A stretch of DNA of 64,000 bases from Ostreococcus lucimarinus (Eukaryota). The position numbers and the translations under genes are program-made. Positions 50,385 through 58,906 of this stretch are shown here, in pieces; the first letter of the stretch is position 1; every line of letters begins with the position of its first letter. The stretch is taken from NCBI GenBank assembly GCA_000092065.1, contig CP000586.1; one strand, given 5' to 3'. The notes under the pieces are model-generated. The model worked only from the letters and a program-made list of their open reading frames with translations. It made no database searches and was not told where the DNA came from.

Positions 50385-51473
50385 ATGGATCGCGCGCCCG
50401 CGACGGACGCGCCGTCCGTGTTCGCCCGGCTCGACTCCAACGCCGCCGCGCGCGTCGCGCGCGTCGAGGCGCGACGAAACGATGCGAAACTCGACGCGAA
50501 TCCGCTCGAAGACGCGGCGAAATGCGTCGACGCGTTCGAACGCGCGCGACGCGAGATCGAGGACGCGCTGCGAGACGTCGCGCGCGATGCCGCGCGCGCG
50601 CGGACGAGCGCGCGGGACGACGCGGAGACGAACGAGGCGAGGGAGACGGGGAAGGCGGCGCTGCGCGCGGTCAACGCGCGCGTCGTCGATTTGGACCGCG
50701 CGACGGCGGAGTGGAGTTATTTCTTGCCGGCGTACGACGCGAGGGTGATGATGCGGAAGATGGGGGAGCTCAGGGAGCAGTTCGAGCGCGCGGTGGCGTG
50801 CGTGACGCCGAGAGAGAGGTTTAGGTTTAAATCGAGAGGGGGACGCGCGACGGTCGGGGGCGCGGCGGCGAGCGCGGCGACGCCGGCGAATCAAACGGCT
50901 GTCGCGATGGCGGCGCTGGATTTGTGCGACGCGGACGACGGGCCGGGGACGCGAGATAGGCGCGGGGAGACGATCGTGATCGATCGCGCGACGAATGATG
51001 GTGAGGATTACGCGTTGGAGAGGCTGGTGGATTGCGACATTTTCGTGCTCGGAGCGATTCGCGCTTTGCGGGCGTACGATTTGAGACGGTGTCGCGTGTA
51101 CGTGCTCGCGATCGCCGGCAGCGCGCTCGTTGAAAACATCGTAGACAGCGTCGTGTGCGTCGCGACTCGACAGTTGCGCGTGCACGCGGCGAGACGGACG
51201 AACTTTCACGTGCGCGCGACGTCGAGACCGATCGTGGAGGATTCGCGCGAAGTCGCCTTTGCGCCGCGTTTTTCGATCGAATCGCCGAACGAAGAGGAGG
51301 TGTTGAAAGCGCACGGGTTATTTGAAGAGAATCACATGTGGAGAGAGGTCGATGATTTTTTGTGGCTCAAGTCGAGTCAATCGCCGCATTGGCGCTTGCT
51401 CGACGAGCGCGATCGAGCCGAAGACGAGCGAGCGACGCGAGAGCGATTCGACGAATTTCGTCTTAGGAAGTAG
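50385..51473 (+). CDS. TBCC: Tubulin-folding cofactor C (TBCC)/RP2-like protein with a C-CAP/cofactor C beta-helix domain.
   Basis: The C-terminal domain ...LERLVDCDIFVLGAIRALRAYDLRRCRVYVLAIAGSALVENIVDSVVCVATRQLRVHAARRTNFHVRATSRPIVEDSREVAFAP matches the repetitive TBCC beta-helix. The N-terminal coiled region resembles TBCC N. Confidence 0.65.
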   Translation: MDRAPATDAPSVFARLDSNAAARVARVEARRNDAKLDANPLEDAAKCVDAFERARREIEDALRDVARDAARARTSARDDAETNEARETGKAALRAVNARVVDLDRATAEWSYFLPAYDARVMMRKMGELREQFERAVACVTPRERFRFKSRGGRATVGGAAASAATPANQTAVAMAALDLCDADDGPGTRDRRGETIVIDRATNDGEDYALERLVDCDIFVLGAIRALRAYDLRRCRVYVLAIAGSALVENIVDSVVCVATRQLRVHAARRTNFHVRATSRPIVEDSREVAFAPRFSIESPNEEEVLKAHGLFEENHMWREVDDFLWLKSSQSPHWRLLDERDRAEDERATRERFDEFRLRK

Positions 51474-52389
51474 TCGTAGTCTTCGTGGAAGTCATCTTAG
51501 CACCGCCGCGACGACCAACGCACGATTCGACGTGCGCGCGCCATTCTTTCGCCGTCGGTTCGTTCGCGAGACATTCCTCGCAGCAGTTCCACTCGCCGCA
51601 ACGCGAACACCGCGACATCGAGACATCTTCTTCCAGACATTTATCGCAGTACGCGCGTCGGCGGCAGATGTCGCAAACGACGAGAAGATACGAGCATTTT
51701 CGGCAAAAGCCAGCTTCCGCGCGTCCACAGTGCGCGGTGCGCAAGCGCAACTCATCTGGATCGTGCTTCGATCCCACTCGTTGTTGACATCGATCGCAAA
51801 AGAACGTGTCGTGGCACCTCGCGCACGCCTTCAGCACGCCGTGCGCGCAACGATAGCAATGCTCGCGAAGTAAATTCGGCGTGACGTGGCAATCGAGAAG
51901 CACCGTCCCCCCCGTGAGCGTCATGCACCGTCGACACAGCAACGCCACGGCTTCGCACTTTTTACATCGCGCCAAGTGATGATAATCGCACAGGAATTTC
52001 TTGCAATTCGCGCACTGCGAGATGTCCATCTCGCAGCGATGCCCCGCGTACGGGGCCAACCATTTTCGTATCGACACCGAAGTCTGCAACAGCAGCGAGA
52101 TCTGAAACGCTGTGTTCTGAACCGCTGTGTTCGCGTCTTCGCCCGGTAATTCGCGACCCTCGTCGCGCTCGTGGGATTCGCACGCGTCCTGATACTTGGG
52201 CACGAGACTACGAAACGTCCTGTTCAGCTGCGAGCACACGAGGTTGCCGACGAAACTCGCCGGTATCGCGCCCTCGTTGCCGCAAGGGCAACGCGCGCGC
52301 GCGATCTCGGGCGTGTTGAGCCTGCTCAGGATGTGCGTCTCGAAGACGTCGTAGTGCGAGATCACGAAGGGCGTCAGATGGTCCGTCAT
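51463..52389 (-). CDS. Hypothetical Cys-rich protein, ~40 Cys in CxxC/CxC clusters with multiple zinc-binding-like modules.
   Basis: ATG start. Repeated CxxC...CxxC units: CANCKKFLCDYHHLARCKKCEAV, CYRCAHGVLKACARCHDTFFCDRCQ, CRKCSYLLVVCDICRRRAYCDKC, CSRCGEWNCCEEC. Its 3' end overlaps the TBCC stop by 11 nt, tail to tail. Confidence 0.4.
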   Translation of the reverse strand: MTDHLTPFVISHYDVFETHILSRLNTPEIARARCPCGNEGAIPASFVGNLVCSQLNRTFRSLVPKYQDACESHERDEGRELPGEDANTAVQNTAFQISLLLQTSVSIRKWLAPYAGHRCEMDISQCANCKKFLCDYHHLARCKKCEAVALLCRRCMTLTGGTVLLDCHVTPNLLREHCYRCAHGVLKACARCHDTFFCDRCQQRVGSKHDPDELRLRTAHCGRAEAGFCRKCSYLLVVCDICRRRAYCDKCLEEDVSMSRCSRCGEWNCCEECLANEPTAKEWRAHVESCVGRRGGAKMTSTKTTTTS

Positions 52390-52860
52390 GATGTGCCGCG
52401 TCGACGCGCGTCGTTACACGTCGTCGTCGGAGAGTCGAACGATCGATTCGCATCGTGCCTCTACCGCGCGCGTCCTCGAACGTACGCGTCGACGTTAAAT
52501 ATATCCTCGCTGAGAATCGGCCCACCCCGCTCGCGTCCCCGTCCCCGCGCGCGTTCGCGTTCGCGTTCGCGCGCGTTCGATTTCGCGCCCCCTCGCGCCG
52601 TCCCCGTCGTCGCCTCGCCGCCGCTCCCGCCGCCGCTCGAATCCCCCCCGCTCGAATTCACGATCACCGTCGTCGATATTCTCTTCGAAAACGACACGCT
52701 CTTCCGTCCTCGACGCGCGTCCGCGTCGTCGTCGTCGCCGTCGCGCGCGCTCGAAGACCTCGACAGCGACGACCGCCGCGCGCGCGCGCCGCCCTCCGAC
52801 CGCGCGCTGTCCGTGCGCTCCATCGACGCCGTCGCGCGCGCGCGCCTCGCCTCGCTCGCC

Positions 52861-52861
52861 T

Positions 52862-52926
<65 letters not shown>

Positions 52927-52935
52927 TCGTCGCGC
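52861..52935. repeat. (GTC)n microsatellite, about 15 perfect units plus imperfect flanks, in the NO66 upstream region.
   Basis: tcgcgcgtcgtcgtcgtc...gtcgccgtcgtcgtcgcgtcgtcgcg. It generates the poly-Arg, poly-Val and poly-Asp runs seen in overlapping ORF-track entries. Confidence 0.9.
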
Positions 52936-53093
52936 GCGTCGTCGTCCGGCGTCGACGCGCGCGCGGCGCGGCAGCCGAGGCACGCCATCCGGACGAACGC
53001 GTCGCGCGTCGCGTCGGCGCGCGCGCGCGGCGACGCGCGCGCGTGTGCGGCGACGCGCGGCGCGACGCCGCCACATCATCGCGCGTCCGAACG

Positions 53094-54641
53094 ATGTCGA
53101 CGCCGCGCAAGCGCGCGCGCGCCGGCGACGGCGCCGGCGCGCGCGACGACGACGACGACGACGGCGACGACGACGGCGGCGGCGACGCGCGACGACCGCT
53201 CGTCGTGGACGCGCGCGACGCGACGCTGCCCGACGCGGCGCTCTGGGACGAACACGCCGAGCGCGGCGACGCCGACGCGCTGTTCGAACACGCGATCGCG
53301 CCGCTCGACGCGGCGACGTTCGCGACGTGCGTCGATAGACGCGCGGTGTGCGTCAAGCGCGGCGGACGGGCGCACTACGGGTCGTGGATGACGATGGAGG
53401 CGGTGACGCGGGCGACGCGCGACGGCGAGGCGCGGTACGGCGTGGATTTAGACGTGACGTCGTACGTCGACGGCGTGCGAAGGACGCATAATAGGAATAG
53501 CGACGCGGGACGCGAGGCCGACGACGAGGACGACGATGTCGGGGAATTGGTGGACGCGGACGCGGTGTTGACGCGGAGGTTCGGCGAGGAACGACGGTCG
53601 GTGCGGTTGTTGCATCCGCAGACGCGGTGCGACGCGACGTGGAAGATTTTAGCGACTCTGGAGCGGTATTTCGAGTGCGCGTGTGGGTGCAACGTGTACG
53701 TGACGCCGGCGAGTTCACAAGGGTTCGCGCCGCATTACGACGACATCGACGCGTTCGTGTTGCAGATCGAAGGCGCGAAGCGGTGGCGGGTGTACGAGCC
53801 GTTCGAGGACGAGACGCACCCGAGGACGAGCTCTAGGAACTTCACGCAAGAGGAGATCGCGACGCAGCGCGTGGTTTTCGACGACGTGCTCGAGGCTGGG
53901 GACTTTTTGTACCTGCCGCGCGGTTGGATTCACCAGGCGGAGTGCTCGTCGTCGACGCACAGCGTGCACGCGACGTTATCGACGAATCAATCCAACGCGC
54001 CGGCTGATGCGCTCGAAATCGCGTTGAACAACGCGCTGGCTTCCACGATCGACGGTCGCGCGGAGTTACGAAGGAGTTTCGTTTCCACGTTGAACGACGA
54101 GCGTCGTCGCGACGCCGCGTTGGAGGGACTGGGAGAAGAGTTGCGCGCGTTTGCGAGCGAGCTCCAAGGCGACTTCGGCGCGGCGCTCGTAGAGCACGCG
54201 TACGCGTCGCTCGAGGCACGGTTCATGATGCAACGGTGCCCACCGCCGGATTCACACTTGCTGCGATCGAAAGCGCGGTGCACCGGAGACGTCGCCGCGG
54301 CTGAGCTGCGGAGCGGCGCGAGAACGCGAGTGGCGTCGCAAATCGAAGGCGCGCCGTTTTCAATTTTACGAGAGAGCCCGGCGACGACGTTGTTTCATCC
54401 ATTTCAAAATCGCCGCGACGGCGCGCACGTGCGCGTGCTCGGCGTCGATAGCGCCGACGAAGACCGACTCGGTCGCGTCGTCGTGCCGAGCGACGTCGAC
54501 GACGAGCGTCTCGACGAGCTTCTGGACGCCGTGCGGTCGGGCGACGCGCTCGAAATCGCAAAAACGAACTTTCGCGAGAACAACTTTCTCGAGCTCGTGT
54601 GCGAGCTCGTTCGGTGCGGGGCGTTGGCGGCGTTAGATTAG
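53094..54641 (+). CDS. RIOX: Ribosomal oxygenase NO66/MINA53 (RIOX)-like JmjC-domain protein.
   Basis: CNVYVTPASSQGFAPHYDDIDAFVLQIEGAKRWRVYEP...VLEAGDFLYLPRGWIHQAECSSSTHSVHATLST matches the NO66/MINA53 JmjC core, with the HxD...H iron-binding residues in place. The upstream part of the ORF-track ORF, from 52455, is Arg-run junk over the (GTC)n. The first ATG in the homologous region (MSTPRKRARAG, NLS-like) is at 53094. Confidence 0.75.
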   Translation: MSTPRKRARAGDGAGARDDDDDDGDDDGGGDARRPLVVDARDATLPDAALWDEHAERGDADALFEHAIAPLDAATFATCVDRRAVCVKRGGRAHYGSWMTMEAVTRATRDGEARYGVDLDVTSYVDGVRRTHNRNSDAGREADDEDDDVGELVDADAVLTRRFGEERRSVRLLHPQTRCDATWKILATLERYFECACGCNVYVTPASSQGFAPHYDDIDAFVLQIEGAKRWRVYEPFEDETHPRTSSRNFTQEEIATQRVVFDDVLEAGDFLYLPRGWIHQAECSSSTHSVHATLSTNQSNAPADALEIALNNALASTIDGRAELRRSFVSTLNDERRRDAALEGLGEELRAFASELQGDFGAALVEHAYASLEARFMMQRCPPPDSHLLRSKARCTGDVAAAELRSGARTRVASQIEGAPFSILRESPATTLFHPFQNRRDGAHVRVLGVDSADEDRLGRVVVPSDVDDERLDELLDAVRSGDALEIAKTNFRENNFLELVCELVRCGALAALD

Positions 54642-54773
54642 ATGAGTCGGAAATCGGGTATGAGAATAGCTTAGGTGAACTAAATAATATGATGTACAGT
54701 AATGATGGGCTAAAAAGCATATCCGATCGCATGACGTAACGGGTGATGAGCAAAAGTTAACAGTGAGGGATGA

Positions 54774-54949
54774 TGACTCCGGTGGGGTTCGAACCCACGC
54801 CCTTTCGGACCAGAATGTTACGTTGCGATTGTTCTCGCATGGTACGAAAGCGGGCGCGCGCGCGACTCGCGTCGCGCGCGTTGTTTTTCCCGTAGTTCCT
54901 CCTCGTGTTCTCCTTAATCTGGCGCCTTAGACCACTCGGCCACAGAGTC
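54774..54949 (-). tRNA. tRNA-Leu(AAG): tRNA-Leu (anticodon AAG), class II long variable arm, interrupted by a ~96-nt intron at the canonical 37/38 position.
   Basis: On the minus strand the 5' exon is GACTCTG-TG-GCCGAGTGGTCTAAGGC-G-CCAGA-TTAAGG and the 3' exon is T-TCTGG-TCCGAAAGGGC-GTGGG-TTCGAAC-CCCAC-CGGAGTC-A. The acceptor stem has 7 pairs (6 Watson-Crick, 1 G-U). The A box is TGGCCGAGTGG and the B box is GGTTCGAACCC. The discriminator is A. A TTTT run lies ~20 nt downstream. The exons are plus 54949..54912 and 54815..54774. Confidence 0.75.
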
Positions 54950-55628
54950 CACAGAGTCCTCATAATACGATACTCATCAACGATAAATTCCGCCCACCGA
55001 CCCGCGCGCGCACGCGTGCGCAAAGTTACGGGTTTCTCGATCGCGCGCGGCGCGCACATACCCGTGAGAGCCACTTCACACCGTGATTTAGGTGCGTCAT
55101 CGCGCGCCCCCCCCGAAAAAAAACAAAAAAAACGCTGGCGCGTGAATCTTCGCGAATCGAATCTATCGCGCGCGACCCCCCCTGTCGTTGAGTCGCGACT
55201 CGCGGAACGCCACCGCACTTTTTCCCCGCGTCCGCGTCAGCGCTTCGCCCGACGGCGACGGCACTCCCCCGCACGCGCGACCGACGTCGCCGCGACCGAC
55301 CCACGGCGTCCACGCGGTCGCGACGCGCGCGTCGAATCCATCCCAGACAGAGTTCCGCGCCGAGCGCGAACGAGGTGCGCGCGGTCGAGCGACGACGCGA
55401 GCGGACGATCGCGGGGACGACCGCCGCGCCATCTTATAAGATGGGGGAATCCAGATCTCGCGGGGACGGACGGACGATTCGTTCGTTCGTTCGTTCGTTC
55501 GCGGTTCGCGGTTCGCGGTTCGCGATGGATCGCGATGGATCGCGACGCGTTTCGCGCATCGCGCGTACTGACCGCGTCTCCGTCGTCACGCAGAAGAAAG
55601 CCCTCCGACCGATCGCTCGAGATTCGGA

Positions 55629-58600
55629 ATGACTTTTAAAGACGCCGCCTCGGCCGTCGCGACGCTCGGAAATTCCGATGACGAAGCGACGAAGATTTCG
55701 GTGATAAACGCCATCGGTGCCGCGATGACGTCCTCGGCTGATGTTTCGGCGCACGCGGAGATCACGCTGAGCGAACCGCTCGTCGCGGCGCTCCTCGCCG
55801 CGTCGGCGGACAAAAAGTCGAGCGACGTGTGCGCCGCCGCCTCGGCGACGCTTCAAACGTTGGCGACGAAAGCGCACGATTTCGTCGTCGGCGCCGCGAT
55901 CATTCCGGCGACTCTCGCCGCGCTCGATCCGAAGGAGCGCTGGCAGACGCAAGTCGCCGCCGCCGAAGTGTTGTCCAAGCTCTCCGACTGCGCGCCGCAA
56001 GCCGTCGCGTCGAACATGATCTCCATCTTGCCCGTCGTCACGTCCATGGTGAACGACGCCAAGAAGGAGGTCGCGGATGCGACCAGAAAGGCTCTCGAGC
56101 GTCTGTGCCACACCATCGACAACCGCGACGTCGAACCGTTCATTTCGGCGATGGTTGAGGCGACGATTGATCACGAGAAAACCGACGAGTGCGTGCAAAA
56201 GCTCGCGTCGACGACCTTCGTGCAAACCGTCACGGCGGCGCCGTTGGCGTTGATCTCGCCGATTCTCCTCTTGGGGTTCCGCGCCAGGACGACCGCGACC
56301 AAGCGCATGTCCGCCGTCATCGTGAACAACATGTCCAAGCTCGTGGAGGATCCCGAGGACGCGGCGCCCTTCTTGCCCAACCTCTTGCCCGCGGTGTCCA
56401 AGGCGTCGGACCAAATCTCCGATCCCGAGGCGCGCACGGTGTGTGGCAAGGCTTGTGAGCAGTTGCAATCGATCGAGGACCGATTGAAGGACGCGTCTTT
56501 CAAGTCCAAGCGAGCCGTCTTCGACGTCGTCAAGGGCGAGGTGGACAAGCACCTCGGCGCCAAGTTCGACGCTTCGTTGTCCACGTATTACACCACCATC
56601 GCCTGCGCGTTGGTGAACGCGAAGTGCCATGACTACGATTACGAGGAAGCGTTCAAGTCGTTCGACGCCGTCAAGGAAGTTCGCGCGCTTCACGAAGCCT
56701 TGGACAAGATTTACGGCGACGTCGAAGTCGACGACGACGACGACGACACCGCCGACGTCTTGGCCGATTGTCAGTTCACCTTGGCGTACGGTTCAAAGGT
56801 TTTGTTGCACAACACCAAGTTGAAGCTCAGGCGTGGCCACAAGTACGCCCTTCTCGGCGGTAACGACAGCGGTAAGTCGTCGCTCATGCGCGCCATCGCC
56901 AACGAACAAGTTGAAGGCTTCCCGCCCGCCACCGAGCTTCGCACCGTCTTCGTCGAAGCCGACATCATCGGCGAGCTTTCCGATTTGCCGTGCGTGGATT
57001 ACATTCTGGCCGATCCGCGCATCAAGGCGGCGGGCATTTCCGAACAGACGGTGGAGAAGATGCTTCTCAACGTCGGCTTCGGTGAGATGCAAAACGGCGC
57101 GCGCAACTTGGTCACCTTCCTTTCGGGCGGCTGGCGCATGAAACTCGCGCTCGCGCGCGCGATGTGCTTGAACGCGGATATTTTGCTCATGGACGAACCC
57201 ACGAACCACTTGGACGTGATGAACGTGAAGTGGGTCGAAGAGTACTTGAAGTCTCTCACCGACGTCACCGCGATTTTGGTTTCGCACGACACCGGCTTTG
57301 TCGACCGCGTGTGCAACAACATCATCTCCATCGAAAACTTGAAGTTGAAGCAGTTCCGAGGTAACTTGACCGAGTTTGTCGAGAAAAATCCCAAGGCGAA
57401 GTCCTTCTTTGAGCTCAAGAGCTCGACCGGTTTCGTCATGCGCTTCCCACAACCGGGTTACATCGACGGCGTCAAGTCCAAGGGCAAGCCGCTGATGAAG
57501 ATGGCGCACTGCACGTACACTTACCCGGTGAACAACGCGCCAACCGTGAAAGATGTCACCGTGCAAGTCTCTCTCGCCTCGCGAGTCGCGTGCGTCGGGC
57601 CGAACGGTGTTGGCAAGTCGACGATGATTAAGCTTCTCACCGGAGAAATCGTCCCGCAAGAGGGCACGGTTTGGAAGCATCCGAACGCGCGCGTGGCGTA
57701 CGTCGCCCAGCACGCGTTCCACCACATCGAGCAGCACTTGGACAAGACGCCGAATGAGTACATTCGCTGGCGTTACCAGCACGGCGACGACAAGGAAGCT
57801 TTGGTCAAGGACACGATGACGCTCACGGATGAAGAGCGCGAGCGCTGCAAGCAGCCGATCATGATTGACCTCGGAAACGATGAGAAGGGCAACCCGATCA
57901 AGCTCAAGATGGCCATCGAAAAACTCACCGGCGGTCGCAAGCAAGTGAAGAAGGAGTACGAGTACGAAGTGCAATTCGTCGGTCGTGATTACAACTCGAA
58001 CCGCTACTTGCAAGCGTCCAAGCTCGCGAAGTGGGGCTTCGAAAAGCACATGAAAATTGTGGACGAAAAGGTCGCCGCTCGCGCGGGCGCCATGCACACT
58101 CCGTTAACGACGGCGAACGTCGAGAAGCACCTCGAAGACGTCGGCTTGGACAAGGAGTTTGGCACCCACACTCGCATGGGTGCGCTTTCCGGCGGGCAAA
58201 AGGTCAAGGTCGTCATCGCGGCGTCCATGTGGAACTGCCCGCACATCGTCATTCTCGACGAACCGACCAACTACTTGGATCGCGATTCCCTCGGCGCGCT
58301 CGCGGGTGCGATTCAAGTCTACGAAGGCGGTGTCGTCATGATTACGCACAACAACGAGTTCTGCTCTGCGCTTTGCCCGGAGACTTGGCTCATGGAGAAG
58401 GCGGACGACGGCATCGCGCGATGCAACTGCAAGGGCGACGCGGAATGGATGGCCAAGGCTGCCAAGAAGGACGTCACCGCCGCCGCCGCGCTCGAAGAGT
58501 TCACCGACGCTTTGGGCAACGTCGTCGAAGTCAAGAAAAAGGTTGACAAGAACAGCAAGGAGGCGAAGAAAAAGGCCAAGCTCAAGGCGAAGCGTCGCGC

Positions 58601-58667
58601 GCGCGGCGAAGAAGTGAGCGACAGCGAAGACGGCGAATGGGAAGGCTTTGGCGAAGGCGAGGATTAA
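55629..58667 (+). CDS. eEF3: Translation elongation factor 3 (eEF3): HEAT-repeat N-terminus, two ABC cassettes with a chromodomain-like insertion in ABC2, and a Lys-rich C-terminal tail.
   Basis: Near-colinear with fungal eEF3: VLLHNTKLKLRRGHKYALLGGNDSGKSSLMRAIAN...LSGGWRMKLALARAM...LLMDEPTNHLD...NLKLKQFRGNLTEFVEKNPKAKSFFEL...RVACVGPNGVGKSTMIKLLTGE...QHAFHHIEQHLDKTPNEYIRWRYQ...LSGGQKVKVVIAA...LDEPTNYLDRDSLGAL. The C-terminus is KKVDKNSKEAKKKAKLKAKRRARG. Confidence 0.9.
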   Translation: MTFKDAASAVATLGNSDDEATKISVINAIGAAMTSSADVSAHAEITLSEPLVAALLAASADKKSSDVCAAASATLQTLATKAHDFVVGAAIIPATLAALDPKERWQTQVAAAEVLSKLSDCAPQAVASNMISILPVVTSMVNDAKKEVADATRKALERLCHTIDNRDVEPFISAMVEATIDHEKTDECVQKLASTTFVQTVTAAPLALISPILLLGFRARTTATKRMSAVIVNNMSKLVEDPEDAAPFLPNLLPAVSKASDQISDPEARTVCGKACEQLQSIEDRLKDASFKSKRAVFDVVKGEVDKHLGAKFDASLSTYYTTIACALVNAKCHDYDYEEAFKSFDAVKEVRALHEALDKIYGDVEVDDDDDDTADVLADCQFTLAYGSKVLLHNTKLKLRRGHKYALLGGNDSGKSSLMRAIANEQVEGFPPATELRTVFVEADIIGELSDLPCVDYILADPRIKAAGISEQTVEKMLLNVGFGEMQNGARNLVTFLSGGWRMKLALARAMCLNADILLMDEPTNHLDVMNVKWVEEYLKSLTDVTAILVSHDTGFVDRVCNNIISIENLKLKQFRGNLTEFVEKNPKAKSFFELKSSTGFVMRFPQPGYIDGVKSKGKPLMKMAHCTYTYPVNNAPTVKDVTVQVSLASRVACVGPNGVGKSTMIKLLTGEIVPQEGTVWKHPNARVAYVAQHAFHHIEQHLDKTPNEYIRWRYQHGDDKEALVKDTMTLTDEERERCKQPIMIDLGNDEKGNPIKLKMAIEKLTGGRKQVKKEYEYEVQFVGRDYNSNRYLQASKLAKWGFEKHMKIVDEKVAARAGAMHTPLTTANVEKHLEDVGLDKEFGTHTRMGALSGGQKVKVVIAASMWNCPHIVILDEPTNYLDRDSLGALAGAIQVYEGGVVMITHNNEFCSALCPETWLMEKADDGIARCNCKGDAEWMAKAAKKDVTAAAALEEFTDALGNVVEVKKKVDKNSKEAKKKAKLKAKRRARGEEVSDSEDGEWEGFGEGED

Positions 58668-58906
58668 TCGTCGCGTCAATCATCTCTACCGATCGCACAG
58701 AGAATCAATACCTCGCCACACGTCGACCGCGCGGCGGCTTCTCCTTTACCGCGCCCCGCGCTCTTCGGTCGCACCTGAATAATCTTTACACCGTTACCAA
58801 CACACCCACCCGAATGTAATACGCCCGCGCGCGAGGACGGGACTCGTTGTAATTACGCACACGTATCATACACAGTTATTAACCAATCTTTTATAAAATG
58901 TATCTG

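Noticed and set aside
52171-53391. Arg-run, Val-run and Asp-run ORFs (52171..53391 +, 52461..52988 -, 52495..53079 -, 52664..53356 -, 53045..53338 +) and the 5' 213 codons of the 728-aa ORF.
   Set aside because: They are generated by the (GTC)n microsatellite and GC-rich promoter DNA. The NO66 homology begins only after the ATG at 53094.
56793-58097. The 434-aa minus-strand ORF antisense to eEF3.
   Set aside because: It is antisense to a near-colinear eEF3 match and has no recognisable domain.
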